This document shows, one piece after another, positions 42,789 to 57,065 of a stretch of DNA of 64,000 nt; position 1 is the stretch's first letter, and each line of letters begins with the position of its first letter. Source of the stretch: Eledone cirrhosa (Eukaryota); NCBI GenBank assembly GCA_964016885.1, contig OZ024740.1:161138001-161202000 (forward strand). The letters run 5' to 3'. Under the pieces are notes generated by a model that saw nothing but the letters and a program-made list of their open reading frames with translations, ran no database searches and was not told the DNA's origin. A program made the translations under genes and the position numbers.

Positions 42789-45272
42789 TTTGTATATACA
42801 TTGAGCAAAAGGGAAAGCAATGTAGGGTAAACTTACGCGCGTTAATTTTAATAAACATACATGTCAAAGGTGTACACCATCGTTAAACTAGTTCATACAA
42901 CAAGTGCCAAGAAAAATTCTCATTATTTTCGTCATTTATTACGGCCTCATCAAAGATCGTTCACATATTCCTATTCACAAAGAACATAGCAAATTGTTGT
43001 TAATTATAGTCTACAGAAACTCGGACTGATCTAAATTGGTCCGACTAATTTGTATCACAGCGCAATAGAATCTCCTTACCTTTTTACTTAATTTGCTTAT
43101 TAGTAAATTAAGTAAAAGGCTAAGGTAAATTTACAAGTTTGGGTTTTTAGTAAACATGCATTTTAAGCTCGTAAATATGTTTAAACCAGATTTGTTTTGT
43201 TTAAATGGTTACTTACACTGCCTATATGTTTGACCAACTACCTGTGCATAGAGTTGTTTGGCAAATTATTTAGCAAGATTCGTCGTTCAATTCACTACTT
43301 TAATGCCAAACCATTCGACTCACTAAATATATGCCAAGACCTGCTCGATCAGGTTACGCAACAAGATCCATCAATATCAATTTCTCTGTATTTCTCACGC
43401 TCAAATAAGGTGCCAGAGCACGAAATGTAAGATTTTGCACGCCTCACAGCAACTGAACACCCATTTACTAATTGTTACTGACGACAGAGATCGTCGCTAT
43501 TTTAGCTTAGATTTCAGATTTTGCCCTAACAACAACAATTACAACAGTTTAACTGAACTTATAGATACAATCAAATAAACATTTCTGCTATATTATGACA
43601 CGTGATATAATTTAGTAATATTAATCAGATATATAGTTAACTTCAGTTAGCGATTATAGAAAGTCAAGATATAAAGTTACACGTTGCGTAATGAATTAAT
43701 TGGAATTTTATTGGTGAATGCAAATTATTACTGAAATACAGTTAGAAGCTTAGTATTAATCGATGTATGAATTAATAGTTTAATATCATTTAACGCATTT
43801 CCTAATGTATATAATATTGATGTCTAGGATATATACAAAGATATAAAGTTTAGGAAAAAGTATCAATCAATTATATTGATTCTAGTAATTGACTGATACT
43901 TTATTTTATCAATCCTAATTTAGGAAAAGCAAAATCGATTTGGCACCTGAGATTTTAAATTAGAGCGTAAAGAAACGTAACTAAATTCTTTCTTTCTGGT
44001 ATTGGATCAAGGCCAGCAATTTGGTGGAATTGGAAATTGAGTTATATCAACCCCAGTACATTATTTTATAGATTCTAGAATGATGAAATACAAAGTTGAC
44101 ATCGGTGTGATTTTAAATCATGTCATGGAAAATCGTTATTAAATACTGTATACCAGTCCGTCCGACTCTCTGTTCATACTTCCAATCAACCGCCCAAAAT
44201 AATGCAAAGGTTGGTCAATGAAAGGGGACAACACATTGAGATATCTAATTATTATCAAGTCGGAGATCATGACAGAATGCATTCACCACAGGGGATACCC
44301 TAAAAGCACATGTGGACCCGATGTTAGTGTTAAACAAAGTAAAGAAAAAGTGTACTACCACCTACAAAAAAAAGAAAAAAGCAGCAACACAGGAACGGAC
44401 AATCTAGCCCCCTCCCCTTTTTTAATTTGTTTCACCCGAGGACGTGATAGAAGACACGTGTTCTGCATTGCGCTGGAATACAAAATCACATAGTTGCGAA
44501 AAGACATTTTTAAACTCATGAACATATTTATATTGCAATAATTCTAAATCCGAACAATAGAACAATCTAGTTAAACATGTGACTTTCGTATATTTCGTGA
44601 GACCATGCATCAACACTTACAATGTTCCTTTTTGTGGAATATCAACAATTTCCCATGCAAGCATTGCTCTCCTCTTCACGTCAACAATATTGTTCATGGG
44701 AAATGCAAGGGCCAATACAACTTGGCACCAGAATCCTCGCAGCTGAACTCAGAACACTCAGGGTTGAAAGGGATACCACAATGCTTCATGAACGATGCTC
44801 TAACAAGTTTATCAATATCCACAGTGCCTGAACTGATAACTTTATCGACTCTGAAAGTTAAATTCAGCAGTATTTGAACTCAATGTACAAAAAAGCAGGA
44901 AAACTACCGCATTTTCTTGTTGAATATATGAATATAAAGCTGTTTGGTTTTATTCAAGATTTGAGTGATATGATGCCTCGAGTACTGTGCACGTAACAAA
45001 TCCTCTTTTAGAAAACATGAATACCAAATAGAGCATTACAAAGTAAGAACAAGAAATCTAAAGTCTATATACATAAGTTACACAACATATATATATAAAA
45101 GATAGACAATCATAAAGTATCTAGGCGGGTTTTGTGTGCGATTATGTTAGTAGTAGAGTTTCCGATTTGTTAATTAAACACAGGCAGTACAATTATATCT
45201 TTATCTCTTTTATTTAACAATATCTTCGTTTATATGCACATGAATAGATTTACGTATCCACACACATACATG

Positions 45273-45372
<100 letters not shown>

Positions 45373-46009
45373 TACAGTCATGAATAATTTATTGCTCGTA
45401 AGATATTCTCTTATCATTTGTGCACGTATTTAAATAATTCTAATATGAAAATATTCAATGGTAGAGAGTAGAGGTTATTAGGCTCTTTATGGTTCATTTG
45501 ATTGTAAATGTGTCTATTCGGAATGTATAAAATTCTATCCATAGTACGTTCGGTGGCCTACGGTTGATTACATACATACGTGTTTGTATGCACAACCAGA
45601 CACCCACACATATATTGTCCTTCAATCACAGTTGCCTATTTGGTTTTTCTCTCCCCTCACTGGGATAAGGGCAATTCGTTTACATTCAGTGCAAGATATC
45701 GTTACACAATATAATCAAAATTCTATCAAAATTAAGCATTCTGTATTTTTGTATGTTAGAATGTTCTTAAACGTTTTTCAGTTTCTGTTTCATCAATACA
45801 CTCTGTGAACTTTATTATGATAGGGTAAATCTCACTGTATGTGTGTAAAACATATAGTATGCATATAATCTATCTGTCGTCCTTCTTGCAATCCTTATAG
45901 AGTGAAACACTATTTCAGCTCTCACTCACTCCATTTCCACCTCTCTCTAACTAACTAGAACGTAATGTTATTTCTGTATGTATACACACACACACACACA
46001 CACACACAT

Positions 46010-46081
<72 letters not shown>

Positions 46082-46725
46082 ATGTTTAACCCCGATGCTG
46101 AGCTCTGTCGTCGTGGTTAAACCTTCTACTACCCTAAGTATTGAGTACTTTGGTGCGTTATGGTCTATCTGGTTCCTTACCACATTTCCTTCGGTATATA
46201 TATACATGTGTGTGCGTAAGCTTTGGTTAGTTGTTGGACATTCAGAAACACACACACACACACACGCGCGCGTTTTAGTTAGAGAGAGGGGAAAATGTAG
46301 TGAGTGAGAGCTGAAGTAATGTTTCACTGTATATAGATTGCAAGAGGGACGATAGATATATAGATATATAAATACATACATATATACATACAGATAGATA
46401 GAGTGAGAGAGAGACAGGGGGGGGGGGGGAAGAAAAAGCGAGAGAATTAAATGTCAAGGCGGCTGACATGTAATATTTTAGTTAGAAAGAGGTGGTTTGA
46501 GTGAGAGTTGCAGTGTTTCACTCTGTATTGTTAGCATGCCGTTCGAAGAGACAGTATTTGACTGCTAGAAATAACAGTAACAGTAAATTCTCCTCCATCA
46601 CCACTCCTGCCTAATTCCATTTTCAGAAAATTAGTTCATTTAGCTTAATAGATATCAGATTAGTGGAAACACACGAAAACGCCTGATTATCAATTTTTCA
46701 ATATTAGCGATCATCTTACAAATAA

Positions 46726-46794
<69 letters not shown>

Positions 46795-46922
46795 ATGTAG
46801 GAGGTGAGTTTTATTGGAGTACAATAAAGCAATGCAGATATCGGATAAGAAGCATTCTACAGTTTGTAGGACTGGAGTATTCATAATATATATCATCAAA
46901 AGGTGGTTAAAAGAGTTCCATG

Positions 46923-46993
46923 TATTTTATTATGCGCATTTCAAAAACAAATATCATCATACAATAACATTTGTGTTTTCATCAGATAAAATA
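46923..46993 (-). ncRNA. Type I hammerhead (PLE pseudo-LTR)
   Basis: TATTTTAT-CTGATGA-16-bp stem II-GAAA-TGCGCA-TA-ATAAAATA. Confidence 0.9.
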
Positions 46994-47045
46994 GGAAGAC
47001 ATGATATGAAGGTTAAAAAACACTTGTGGATAGTGCAGTTTTAAA

Positions 47046-47600
47046 TCAACATATGAAAAGTAGGAATGGTTCGGTCTTTTTTCCGATGCCAAGTTTTGAC
47101 ATAATCTCAGAGGCTTTAAAGTTTATGAATTCTAAATTATCATGGTTGGTTTTACGATATTTTTTCCTAAGTTCCTTTAGGATAAGGTTGTTATAATTAT
47201 CCTTGGAAATACCATATAAATTATTGGTTTTGTCAGAGTGGACTAAAACATTTTTTGAGGAATTTAGGTTTGAAATTGTGTTCTTGATATTTACAAGGTG
47301 CTCTTGTCCTTTGTAAGGGTATCTCTTGAATTTAAGATTTTTTATAATTTTTGTTACCTCTTCCTCGAATTGCACTAGATTTTTGTTGGAAGGAGGATTT
47401 CTTCTAGAATTAAATAGATGATCGAGGAAGTTATGTTCCTTGGTATAGAAGTTCCCTTTTAGGCGCTGGTCATAGAAATAAGCTATCCATCTAAGTCTTC
47501 TTACAAAGGAGTCAGTTTTTTCAATTAGAAATTTGGTGAATTCAGATTTACCAGGTATAGGAATGTCTTTAGTTGAATTGGTTATGTTGTAATAATCCAT
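47046..47600 (-). pseudogene. PLE ORF N-terminal part (inverted block)
   Basis: Ends in KTNHDNLEFINFKASEIMSKLGIGKKTEPFL, which overlaps the start of the plus-strand RT ORF. Confidence 0.85.
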
Positions 47601-47807
47601 GTTGTAGAAGAAAAAGGTAAAGGACCATCATAAGGTATCCAATATGAGAGTTAGCGCTCAACCGTTAAGGAGCAAGTTAATGTAGGAGGTGAGTTTTATT
47701 ATAGTACAATAAAGCAATGCAGATATCGGATAAGAAGCACTCTACAGTTTGTAGGACTGGAGTATACATAATATATAAGATCAAAAGATGGTTAAAAGAG
47801 TTCCATG

Positions 47808-47878
47808 TATTTTATTATGCGCATTTCAAAAACAAATATCATCATGCAATAACATTTGTGTTTTCATCAGATAAAATA
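47808..47878 (-). ncRNA. Type I hammerhead (PLE pseudo-LTR)
   Basis: Same motif as 46923-46993, intact core. Confidence 0.9.
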
Positions 47879-50357
47879 GGAAGACATGACATGAAGGTTA
47901 AAAAACACTTGTGGATAGTGCAGTTAAAAATCAACATATGAAAAGTAGTTTTAGATTGATGTGTGAAACCAACCATGATAATTTAGAATCCATAAACTTT
48001 GAAGCCTCTGAGATTATGTCAAAACTTGGCATCGGAAAAAAGACCGAACCATTCCTCCCAAGAACTCCGAGGATAAATCTCAAATATCACAAAAACAATT
48101 TTCGCACCGAACTACCTGTTAGATTAATCGCCCCCTCTAAATCAGATCTGGGGGTTGTTAGTAAAGCCATCTTGGATAGAATTATCCCACAGGTTCGTTC
48201 TAATTGCTCTTCTTTGAACTTAAATTTATGGTTTGGTACTTCTGAAGTGATTGGCTGGTTCAACAAATTGAATAATAAAAACAAACTAAAATTTGTTCAA
48301 TTTGATATTGCCAGCTACTATTCTTCTATTTCGCCTTCACTTCTCAACAATGCTCTATCTTTCGCATTTAAATATTCTGACATCACCACAGATGAACTTC
48401 ACATCATTCTCACCGCACGTAAAACCATCCTAGAGTTCAACAATGAATATTGGACCAGAGCTGATACCTCTAACAACTTCGACATCACAATGGGAGCATC
48501 CGATTCATCCCAATTGACAGATTTAATTGGTATCTTTATTTTGAACTCTTTGAGTCGGAAAATTCCTCAACTTCGCGGTGGAATTTATCGTGACGATGGA
48601 CTCTTTACTATCTTAAATTGCAACATAGTTAACCTTAATATTATTAAGAACAATATACGTAATCTCTTTAACCAACATAACCTAAAAATTGAATTTTATA
48701 ACAGCATCAAACTAGCTAATTTCTTGGATGTATCTCTTAAACTTGACACTGTCCTATATTACCCTTACCATAAAAACAATGAGAACCTAAATTATGTTAA
48801 TTTTAAATCTAACCACCCTACTAATATTAAGAATGCTATAGTTTGTAATATTGGAAAAAGAATATCTAACCTATTTTCTAATAAAAACCTCTTTGATTCT
48901 AACGCCAATTACTATAATAACGCGCTTTCTAAAGCCGGCTATCCTGATAAAATCAAATATATTAAAGAAACAAATTCTAGAAGATCTTAGAGTAGAATAA
49001 TTAATCATGATCATTCCAATAACTTTAATAAAAGACCTAGATACAAAAACATAATCTGGTATAATGCTCCTTTCTCCATCTCTATTAATAATAATATTCC
49101 TAAATTATTTTTTAGTGCCTTAAATAAATGCTTCCCTCCCTCACATATCTATAGTAAAATATTTAACAAACACACTATAACATTTTCCTATTCGACATCC
49201 TCCAACATTTCCAACATTATCTCTAAACACAACAATAAAATACTAAATACTAAATCTCTTCCTTCCAACACTGAATATCATAATAATAGTAATAGTACTC
49301 CCGACGTCATTGTAAACTCTAGGCTAATTTCTGCAAACCCAAATACACCGTCAAACGCAACTTCGCTAAATGTTCTTAATCCCATTCTAAATCAAGAAAC
49401 TAGTATTCCTATCGCAAATAACTTCTCCAATCCAATTCCTTCTATAGATAACACTAGGTCACTCGTTAATAATCTCTCTAATCGCAATTGCAATTGCCCT
49501 GTTAAAAATAAATGTCCTCTCAATAACCATTGTCTTGATAAAAACTTAATCTACGAATGTAAAGTTATAACTGACACCAATTCCTTCACCTATTTTGGCT
49601 CCACTTCCACCTCCTTTAAAGCTCGTCTTTATAATCATCATTCGTCTTTTAAATACCAACTTAAAAGAACCAACACGGCACTCTCAGAATTCTTATGGTC
49701 CTTGAAAGACAAAAATATTAAATATAACATCTCTTGGAAAAAGGTTTCTTCTGCTTCTTGAACAGTTCTCTATCCAAGACTTGCAATCTCTGTCTAAATG
49801 AAAAATGTACCATTATATCTAATTTAGATTCTATAATAAATAGACGCACTGACTTGTTTTCTCTCTGCTTGCATAAATTCCACAGAACATTCCATAAAGT
49901 ATACAGCTAATATCCAATACTTTATCAATTTAGAATCCTTTTCTCAAAGGCACATATATATATACAGATACTTCTTTAAAAATATACCCATCTTTCTACC
50001 TTATTTCAAAGTTATTTATTATACATTATATAATACTTGTTACTCATTCTATATCACTCCTATTTATCACTTCCCTTTCTTCCTTTTCCTTTTCTTTTCT
50101 TTTTCTTTTAATTTCTAACCCCTAATCTGTACCTTTTCTCATTGTGCCTAACATAGAAACAATTATTACACAGTACAATATATTCTTGCTTTATATCACC
50201 TTGAAAAAATCCTTCGTAAACATAAACATTTTTTTGACGTTAGATTATTCATCCTCAATTCATTTTTTTTTCTCACTTTCATGTTTCATCCTATCTTCTA
50301 CTTTTTTCACAATATATCCTTACTTACATTACCTTTGCTATTTTTAATAATACATAT

Positions 50358-50520
50358 CACATTTTCTTTCCATCGCACATATTATTAAACCCTTAAATAT
50401 TATTCTTAATACATATGAACATTTTCTTTCCATCGCACATATTATTAAACCCTTAAATATTATTCTTAATACATATTAACAATTTCTTTTCATCGCACAT
50501 AATATTAAACCCTTCAATAT
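50358..50520 (+). repeat. 60-nt tandem repeat (~2.7 copies) in PLE 3' UTR
   Basis: catcgcacatattattaaaccctt recurs at 50371, 50431 and 50491. Confidence 0.9.
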
Positions 50521-50877
50521 ACAAACCTTAACTTTACATTATTTTTCTCTTCGTTAATTTTCAAATTCTTTTAATTTATACATTATCTTCCAACGGTTTT
50601 TCAACCTCTCTATGTAAAACAATATATTTTTCTCAGTTATAAAAGATATCTCTCTCTCTCTATCACCCATCTCTACTCCTATCTCATCCTTCCTAATTAT
50701 ACTCCTCCCCCTCCACTTTTTACTCTCATCTCCTCCTCTTTTTCATCCTTTCCACACACACCCACCCTCAAAAAAATGTTTCCCCAATATCACACATCAA
50801 TCTAAAACTACTTTTCATATGTTGATTTAAAACTGCACTACCCACAAGTGTTTTTTAACCTTCATATCATGTCTTCC

Positions 50878-50948
50878 TATTTTATCTGATGAAAACACAA
50901 ATGTTATTGCATGATGATATTTGTTTTTGAAATGCGCATAATAAATTA
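50878..50948 (+). ncRNA. Type I hammerhead (PLE 3' pseudo-LTR)
   Basis: TTTAT-CTGATGA-aaacacaaatgttattgcatgatgatatttgttttt-GAAA-TGCGCA-TA-ATAAA. Confidence 0.9.
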
Positions 50949-50988
50949 CATGGAACTCTTTTAACCATCTTTTGATCTTATATATTAT

Positions 50989-51207
50989 GGTGAAGGCGTG
51001 TGGCTGAGTGGTTACAGTATTGGATTCACAATCGTGAGGTTGTAAGTTCGATTCCTGAACCAGGCGATGCGTTATGTCCTTGAGCAAGACACTTTATTTC
51101 ACGTTGCTCCTTCTACCTGGAGTTGCGACCGATAGATAGTATTAGCAATTGGAAAGACCAACGGAAACATAGTTTCCTCGGTCCGATTTGACGAAAGTCG
51201 ATCGACT
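50989..51207 (+). mobile_element. SINE family 2 (CORE-like), abutting the PLE 3' end
   Basis: gtggctgagtggtt..gttcgattcc..tgtccttgagcaagacactt. Confidence 0.85.
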
Positions 51208-51229
51208 AGAAATATATATATATATATAT

Positions 51230-51420
51230 AGTGAAAAGATAACAAGGACGATTGGTTACTCCTTCATTACATTTATTGGTTGGTGACGCGCGTTTCGCAC
51301 TGATCAGCTCAACGTTTGATTCGACTCTGTCTAGCACTACACCTCGACACTGAAGTGAACCTAAAGATTGAGTGCTCACCCGGGTGAACATATAGTAACT
51401 ATAAGTTACACTCTCTGAAT
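51230..51420 (-). ncRNA. Solo pseudo-LTR fragment with degenerate long-stem-II hammerhead
   Basis: Minus strand cgggtga-GCACT...AGTGC-GAAA-CGCGCG-TC; core and stem I are decayed; (TA)n on both sides. Confidence 0.5.
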
Positions 51421-51434
51421 ATATATATATATAT

Positions 51435-54400
51435 ATTGTTATACTTTGGGAGGGTCATGTTGCCAATAAGAAACACACGCACCAGTGCTATCACTCCAAT
51501 TTATTATAAATTAAATTATAAATTTCCGGTTGGTTGGTTCCACAACCGGACGGTTGTTCATATATTGTCAAAGCACTTTCGTCACACATTCTGTGACCTC
51601 TTAAGTGACTGGGGATTATTTTCTTTGTTTTGTGCCTCTCCTTTGTTCTGTCCTACGCCATCTTGTTTTTGTGTGTGTTGTGTGTGTGTTTTCATTTTGT
51701 CCTTAATTGTAAGTTGTGATGTTGCTATTCCATTCATGTTTTCTATTTAATTTTGGTTGGAGTTCATTTATGTTTATTGCCTCTGTGATTTGTCTAAACA
51801 TTGCGTCTTTTCTGTGTGTAGATTTTATTTTTATTTCTATGTTCTCTAATTTGCCCTTATGTTCTATTTTAACATGTTGATGGAGTACTGATGATTCTTT
51901 TCTATCCTGAAACTCTCGCCAGTGTTCATTTAATCGTTCTCCTATACTACGAGCTGTCTCACCTATGTACACTATATTCTTATCTTTACATTGTCTTTCA
52001 GTACATCTTATGCTCTATACTATGTTTCTAGTTTTACAGTTAATATGGGGGCTTAGTTTACAGATTATGCATTTCTTATCTATACAGGGAGGTCTTTGAA
52101 AAGGGTATGTATTATTAATAAGTGTTTTTATGGAGGTACCTGGTCTTTCTACTATCTTAATATTTAGTTTAAGTTTATCTAGCGCCCTTCTAAATTTGTA
52201 AGCTAGTTCACCTCTAGGGGTTGTATTGATGAACATCACACTCTGGTATGTATTGCTATCATACCATGAGTTTATTCTATTAGCCTTATTCCTAGTTCTT
52301 TCTATTCTATTCTATTCCAAAATTTGCTCCTATACAAGGGGCAGGTACCATTTGTATCATTATTTACCATTTTTTCCCATTTGGTTCTGGCTCCTCTATA
52401 TACTCTGATTTTATCTCTCTGATTGTAACCAGAGAACTGCATACGGTGGATGAAGTGTTGTATGTGTCTCTCTAGTTCTTTGGGGTTGCACATGCGGGAC
52501 ACGTTTCTCATCACCCGTACCAAATCCGCAATCAGTATGTTGATTTTGGTGTGATCCGAAACAGCTGAGTTCCGGTGGATCAAATATTTGGAAGTCATGG
52601 GTTTGGCATAATGGGAATGCAGGATTTGTTTTTTGTTATTAATGCTTTCTAACCAGAGCTCTGTGTCTAGTACAGTTAATCGATGGCTGGGGTGTTTCCT
52701 TGGATAGTCTATAGTAACTCTAAAACTCTGTTGGATGGAGTTAGCTATTTGCTGGATGCTTTCCATGGTGTTTTTCTCTAACTCCTGACTGTTCTCTAGT
52801 GGGGGTGTTTTTACTACGATGTTTATATCCTCAACGTTTCGAGAGTACATTATCAGGTTTAAGAGGTTGCTATCTTCTAATTGTTTTTTAAGTTTATTGT
52901 CCCATCATACCATGAATAAGTTAGCTATGTCACCTACAATGCTAACACCAATGGCTGCTCCCTCCTCTTGGGCATATGTTTTTCCATTAAATTTGAACAT
53001 CAGTTTTATACTGCCCCCCCCCCCCCCCCCGCATGTGCAATCATTTTCTTTAGTTCATCATGGTTTTCGTGGGTCCGCATGGCTCTGATCCACCCGTTCC
53101 ATTTTTCTGTGTTGGTTTTCTTGGCCATTGATGTAGCGCCAGGTGGTCTGCATCTTGCTGGCCTTGTGGGGCAGACGTTGCTAAGGTCATACGTATCTAG
53201 ATAATCATTACTATAAGTAAGTTTAAGTAGGAGTCCCAGCTCACTGGTATCAATCCCACGGAATTCAACATTGCTCTCACTGATCATTTCTACGCATATC
53301 TCCACAGCAAAATTCACGTCAATGGATGGATATAGGGACACATCATCCATACTACCTATTATACAGTCTGTTAGGTCCCTAGATCGGTTATTTTCGCTGA
53401 TTCTGCTGAGGAGGTCCTCCGTGCTGTCACATATATCCGGGGACATTTCAATGATGGGGCGTATGATTAGGGAGAAGAAGTAGGAAAGTCTGTAGTTACT
53501 AGCAATGTTAGATCCACAGACTGGCCGTGTTGGTGGTCCTGTGACTGGGTCACTGTTCGTCTTATGGTCTTTTCAAAGCCCATACAACACTGGCACGTCA
53601 TTGTTCCAGGTCTGGAAATTGTTGGTAGTCCGTTTATTGGGTTGCATTATGTTTGTCCACATCATCATATGAGCGTTGAGGGTTTTCTCCCTATCCTCAT
53701 GCTCTTGTGGTGTTACTTCTCTTGTGTTAGTGATGTGGGGTTGCATTGCCTTGATGTAATTTGACAGACTGTCCACTGACATTCTGCCAGACTTGTCTGT
53801 TAGAAAGCATGCATTCTCTCCATTGCTCGAGCGCTGCATGAGCTTACGCAAGTCATTTGCAGATTTTTCTCCCAGTTGCTGGGCCTCCATTCTATATTGC
53901 TTCTTGCTATACTGTTCTATAATATTTCTAAGTTTAGATCTAGCTATATTAAATTGTGCTTCTGTTTGTTCATCGATCTGCGACCTCAATTGCGTGCGTT
54001 TGGTAAAAGCTAAAGTCGTAGCGTGGAGTCATCGTAGGTCGAAGCACATATCGGAAGGGTTATAAAAAGTAGAATTCCAGGCTGCTGCTTTATGTGTACT
54101 CTTGCTATTGTTATTGTTAGTTGTGTTGTTTCTATTTCTATTTCCACCAACAGCCTCGTGGTTGTTTCTATGTCTCTCATTATTACTCCTGTCTCTTTCC
54201 TCTGGCTCATTGTTATTCTCTACTCTATTTTGTGTGTCTGTGTTTTCGTCCTGGTTATTTTCTCTGTTAGTATCGATAGTCTCCCTTCTTCTTTCAATCC
54301 CATTACCTTCCCTTACTTCTGTGTTACTGTCGTTATCTGTTTTCTGTGTCTGTGTGTCTGTTAAGATTGTGGTGGTGGTGAGAGGCATAGGATGTGTGTT

Positions 54401-56263
54401 GTTGTTATTGTTGTTGTCTCCGTGTATGTTGTTATTATTGTTGTGTGTGTTGTTGTTGTTATTGTTATTTGTGTCTGTGTGTCTGTTGTTGTCTCTCTGT
54501 ATGTTCTTATTGTTGTTGTGTGTGTTTTTGTTGTTATCGTTGTTTCTGTATGTGTGCCTGTTATTGTTGGGATGTGTGTTGTGTGTGTGTCTCTGTGTGC
54601 GTATGTTGTTCGTGTTGTTACTTTTGTTTTTGTTTTTGTTGTTGTTGTTTTTAAGGCTCCAACGTAATTTTATAAATGATTTTTCTATTTCTGACAAGCA
54701 TCTTATTATATGTTTCATATTTAGGTGGTAGCTGTAATATGGATAGTACATCAGGGTCTACTGTAGTGTTGCCGTATATATTTGTGTTGTTCTTGTTGAA
54801 TTCATCTGTTAATGAGATGTGGGCCATCTTTATAACTTCACTCATATCTGGATATTTATCTCTATTCTCTGAAGTTTCTTGGTTTAGTTTCATCTGTTTG
54901 AGCCACGTTAATTTTTTGTTAAAGTGTTTGTCGCATTCTTGGATGATGTACTTTTCTTCTGCGTGTATAATGTTTATGTATTCTAATTTTTCACTTGGTG
55001 TGGTGATCTTAGTTATTTCTTTTATTAGGTTACGCTTATGCTTTTCTTGATGACTTAATTCTCTGTAAATCTTTTTTGTGTTTAGAATCAGTGTTCGTTT
55101 TAGCCTATCTGCTTGTTGTTTGGTAAGTTGTAATCTTCTTACATCGGTGTTGATGGTGTTGGTGTAAACTCGGGATGAGGCACGTTCTTTTATGAAGTGT
55201 AGTTGTCGAGATGTTATTGTTTTCGTAGACAACAGAACATGGTGGTTTCCAGTATCTTGTTAGCTTGGCTAAGGCTTACGATATTTCGTTTCTGAATTTG
55301 TTTAGCAAGATTCTTTATCTGAAAACGTGTGTTGAAACCGATATTGTTATACTTTAGGAGGGTCATGCTGCCAATAAGTAACACACGCACCAGCTGCTTT
55401 CACTCCAATTTATTATAAATTAAATTATAAATTTAAAAATGTATAAATTTCCAGTTGGTTGGTTCGTTGGTTCCACAACCGGACTGTAAAACTAGAAACA
55501 TAGTATATAACATACGATGTACTGAAGGACAATGTAAAGATAAGAATATAGTGTACATAGGTGAGACAGCACGTAGTATAGGAGAACGATTAAATGAACA
55601 CTGGCGAGAGCTTCAAGATAGAAAAGAAACATCAGTACTCCACCAACATGCTAAAATAGAACATAAGGGCAAATTAGAGAACAAAGAAATAAAAATAAAA
55701 TCTACACACAGCAAAGACGCAATGTTTAGACAAATCACAGAGGCAATAAACATAAATGAACCCCAACCAAAATTAAATAGAAAACATGAATGGAATAGCA
55801 ACATCACAACTTACAATTAAGGACAAAATGAAAACACACACACATAGAACAAACAACCAACCAGTAACAAGTAAATAAACAAATAAATAAACAAATAAAA
55901 ACACACACACCGGATGTAACACATGCGCAAACTAAGCACACAACACACACAAAAACAAGATGGCGTAGGACAGAACAAAGGAGAGGCACAAAACAAATAA
56001 AAGAATCCCCAGTCACTGAAGAGGTCACAGAATGTGTGACGAAAGAACTTTGACAATATATGAACAACCGTCCGGTTGTGGAACCAACCAACCAACCGGA
56101 AATTTATAATGTTTTTAATTTATAATTTAATTTATATTAAATTGGAGTGAAAGTAACTGGTGCGTGTGTTTCTTATTGTCAACATGACCCTCCCAAAGTA
56201 TAACAATATCGGTTTCAACACACGTTTTCAGATAAAGAGTCTTGCTAAACAAATTCAGAAACG
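51435..56263 (-). mobile_element. Near full-length Neptune-like PLE (disrupted) with an inverted endonuclease + pseudo-LTR block at 55484-56263
   Basis: TDKSG, SMDDVSLYPSI, YSRNVEDI, LTVLDTE, Cys linker PCIDKKCIIC..CKTRNIVY, YIGETARSIGERLNEH; pseudo-LTR at 51435-51700, partial copy at 55344-55483, inverted copy ending 56263. Confidence 0.92.
56012..56054 (+). ncRNA. Hammerhead-like motif of the Neptune pseudo-LTR (mutated copy at 51567-51609, minus)
   Basis: GTCA-CTGAAGA-g-GTCACA-gaatg-TGTGAC-GAAA-gaac-TT-TGAC. Confidence 0.7.
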
Positions 56264-56279
56264 ATATATATATATATTT

Positions 56280-56982
56280 AAAACAAATGGAGGTGTGACA
56301 CACGAGTTGTGAAAAGGAAAAGAAAATGCTGACAAATTTTTCCCAGTGAAAACTAGTTTAATTCGGAATAAGTATAAATTAGTAATAAGTATTGGCTAGT
56401 ATTCAGTTTTAGTTTTAAGTTTTTACCGGTTGCGCATTTCTAATGCTTTTCAAAAATAATTTTGAGATAGAGCACTCGTGATGTTTGCTCTAATCTGATC
56501 AGTTTTGGAAATTCTTCCTGTTTTATGTGAAAAAAGTGGCTCCAGAGGTATTAAGATTTGGTTGGTTGTTGAATGTCACGTGAATAAGTACTATAAATTT
56601 CGCACCAATTCGTGTTGCAAAAATTCTTGTAGTCAAAACAATTTTGATTGGTCGGTCGAGGTCACGTGAATGTTAAAAATTGATTTTAGCGCGAACTGAT
56701 TTGGCGCCAAATGTAGGTTTGTCGAAGAGTGTCCTTTTTTGCTTGATTGAGTTGCAGTCGTGTCGAGAAGTCTCTGAAAAATATGTTTATTAAGACAAAT
56801 ATGTGTGTGTGTAGCAGAGTGGTTCGTGGTAGAGGGAATGAATCGGTCAGTAGGAATGGGTGTGTACGTGTGTACGTGTGTACGTGTGAAACATATTTTT
56901 CAGCTCTTGTCTTATACGGAGAAGTGTGTGCGTGTGTGTGTATATCTGTTTGTATGTTAGTGTACGCGTGTGTATGTGTGTG

Positions 56983-57065
<83 letters not shown>

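Larger units (their letters stand above)
46795..50988 (+). mobile_element. Hydra-clade-like PLE with inverted 5' block and three hammerhead pseudo-LTRs
   Basis: Plus strand 47965-49910 encodes RT (QFDIASYY, FDITMG, GIYRDDG, NFLDV), CNCPVKNKC linker and GIY-YIG-type endonuclease with stops; minus strand 47046-47600 encodes the N-terminus (KDIPIP, LRWIAYF, SDKTNNLY). Confidence 0.93.

Noticed and set aside
44560-44830. Possible pogo/Tigger transposase relic on the minus strand (NIVDVKRRAMLAWE)
   Set aside because: Similarity is too weak and interrupted by stops to call by eye.
54029-54751. Asn/His/Thr-rich 240-aa ORF and antisense Leu/Val/Cys-rich ORFs
   Set aside because: A low-complexity (AAC)n-type region inside the Neptune-like ORF, not a separate gene.
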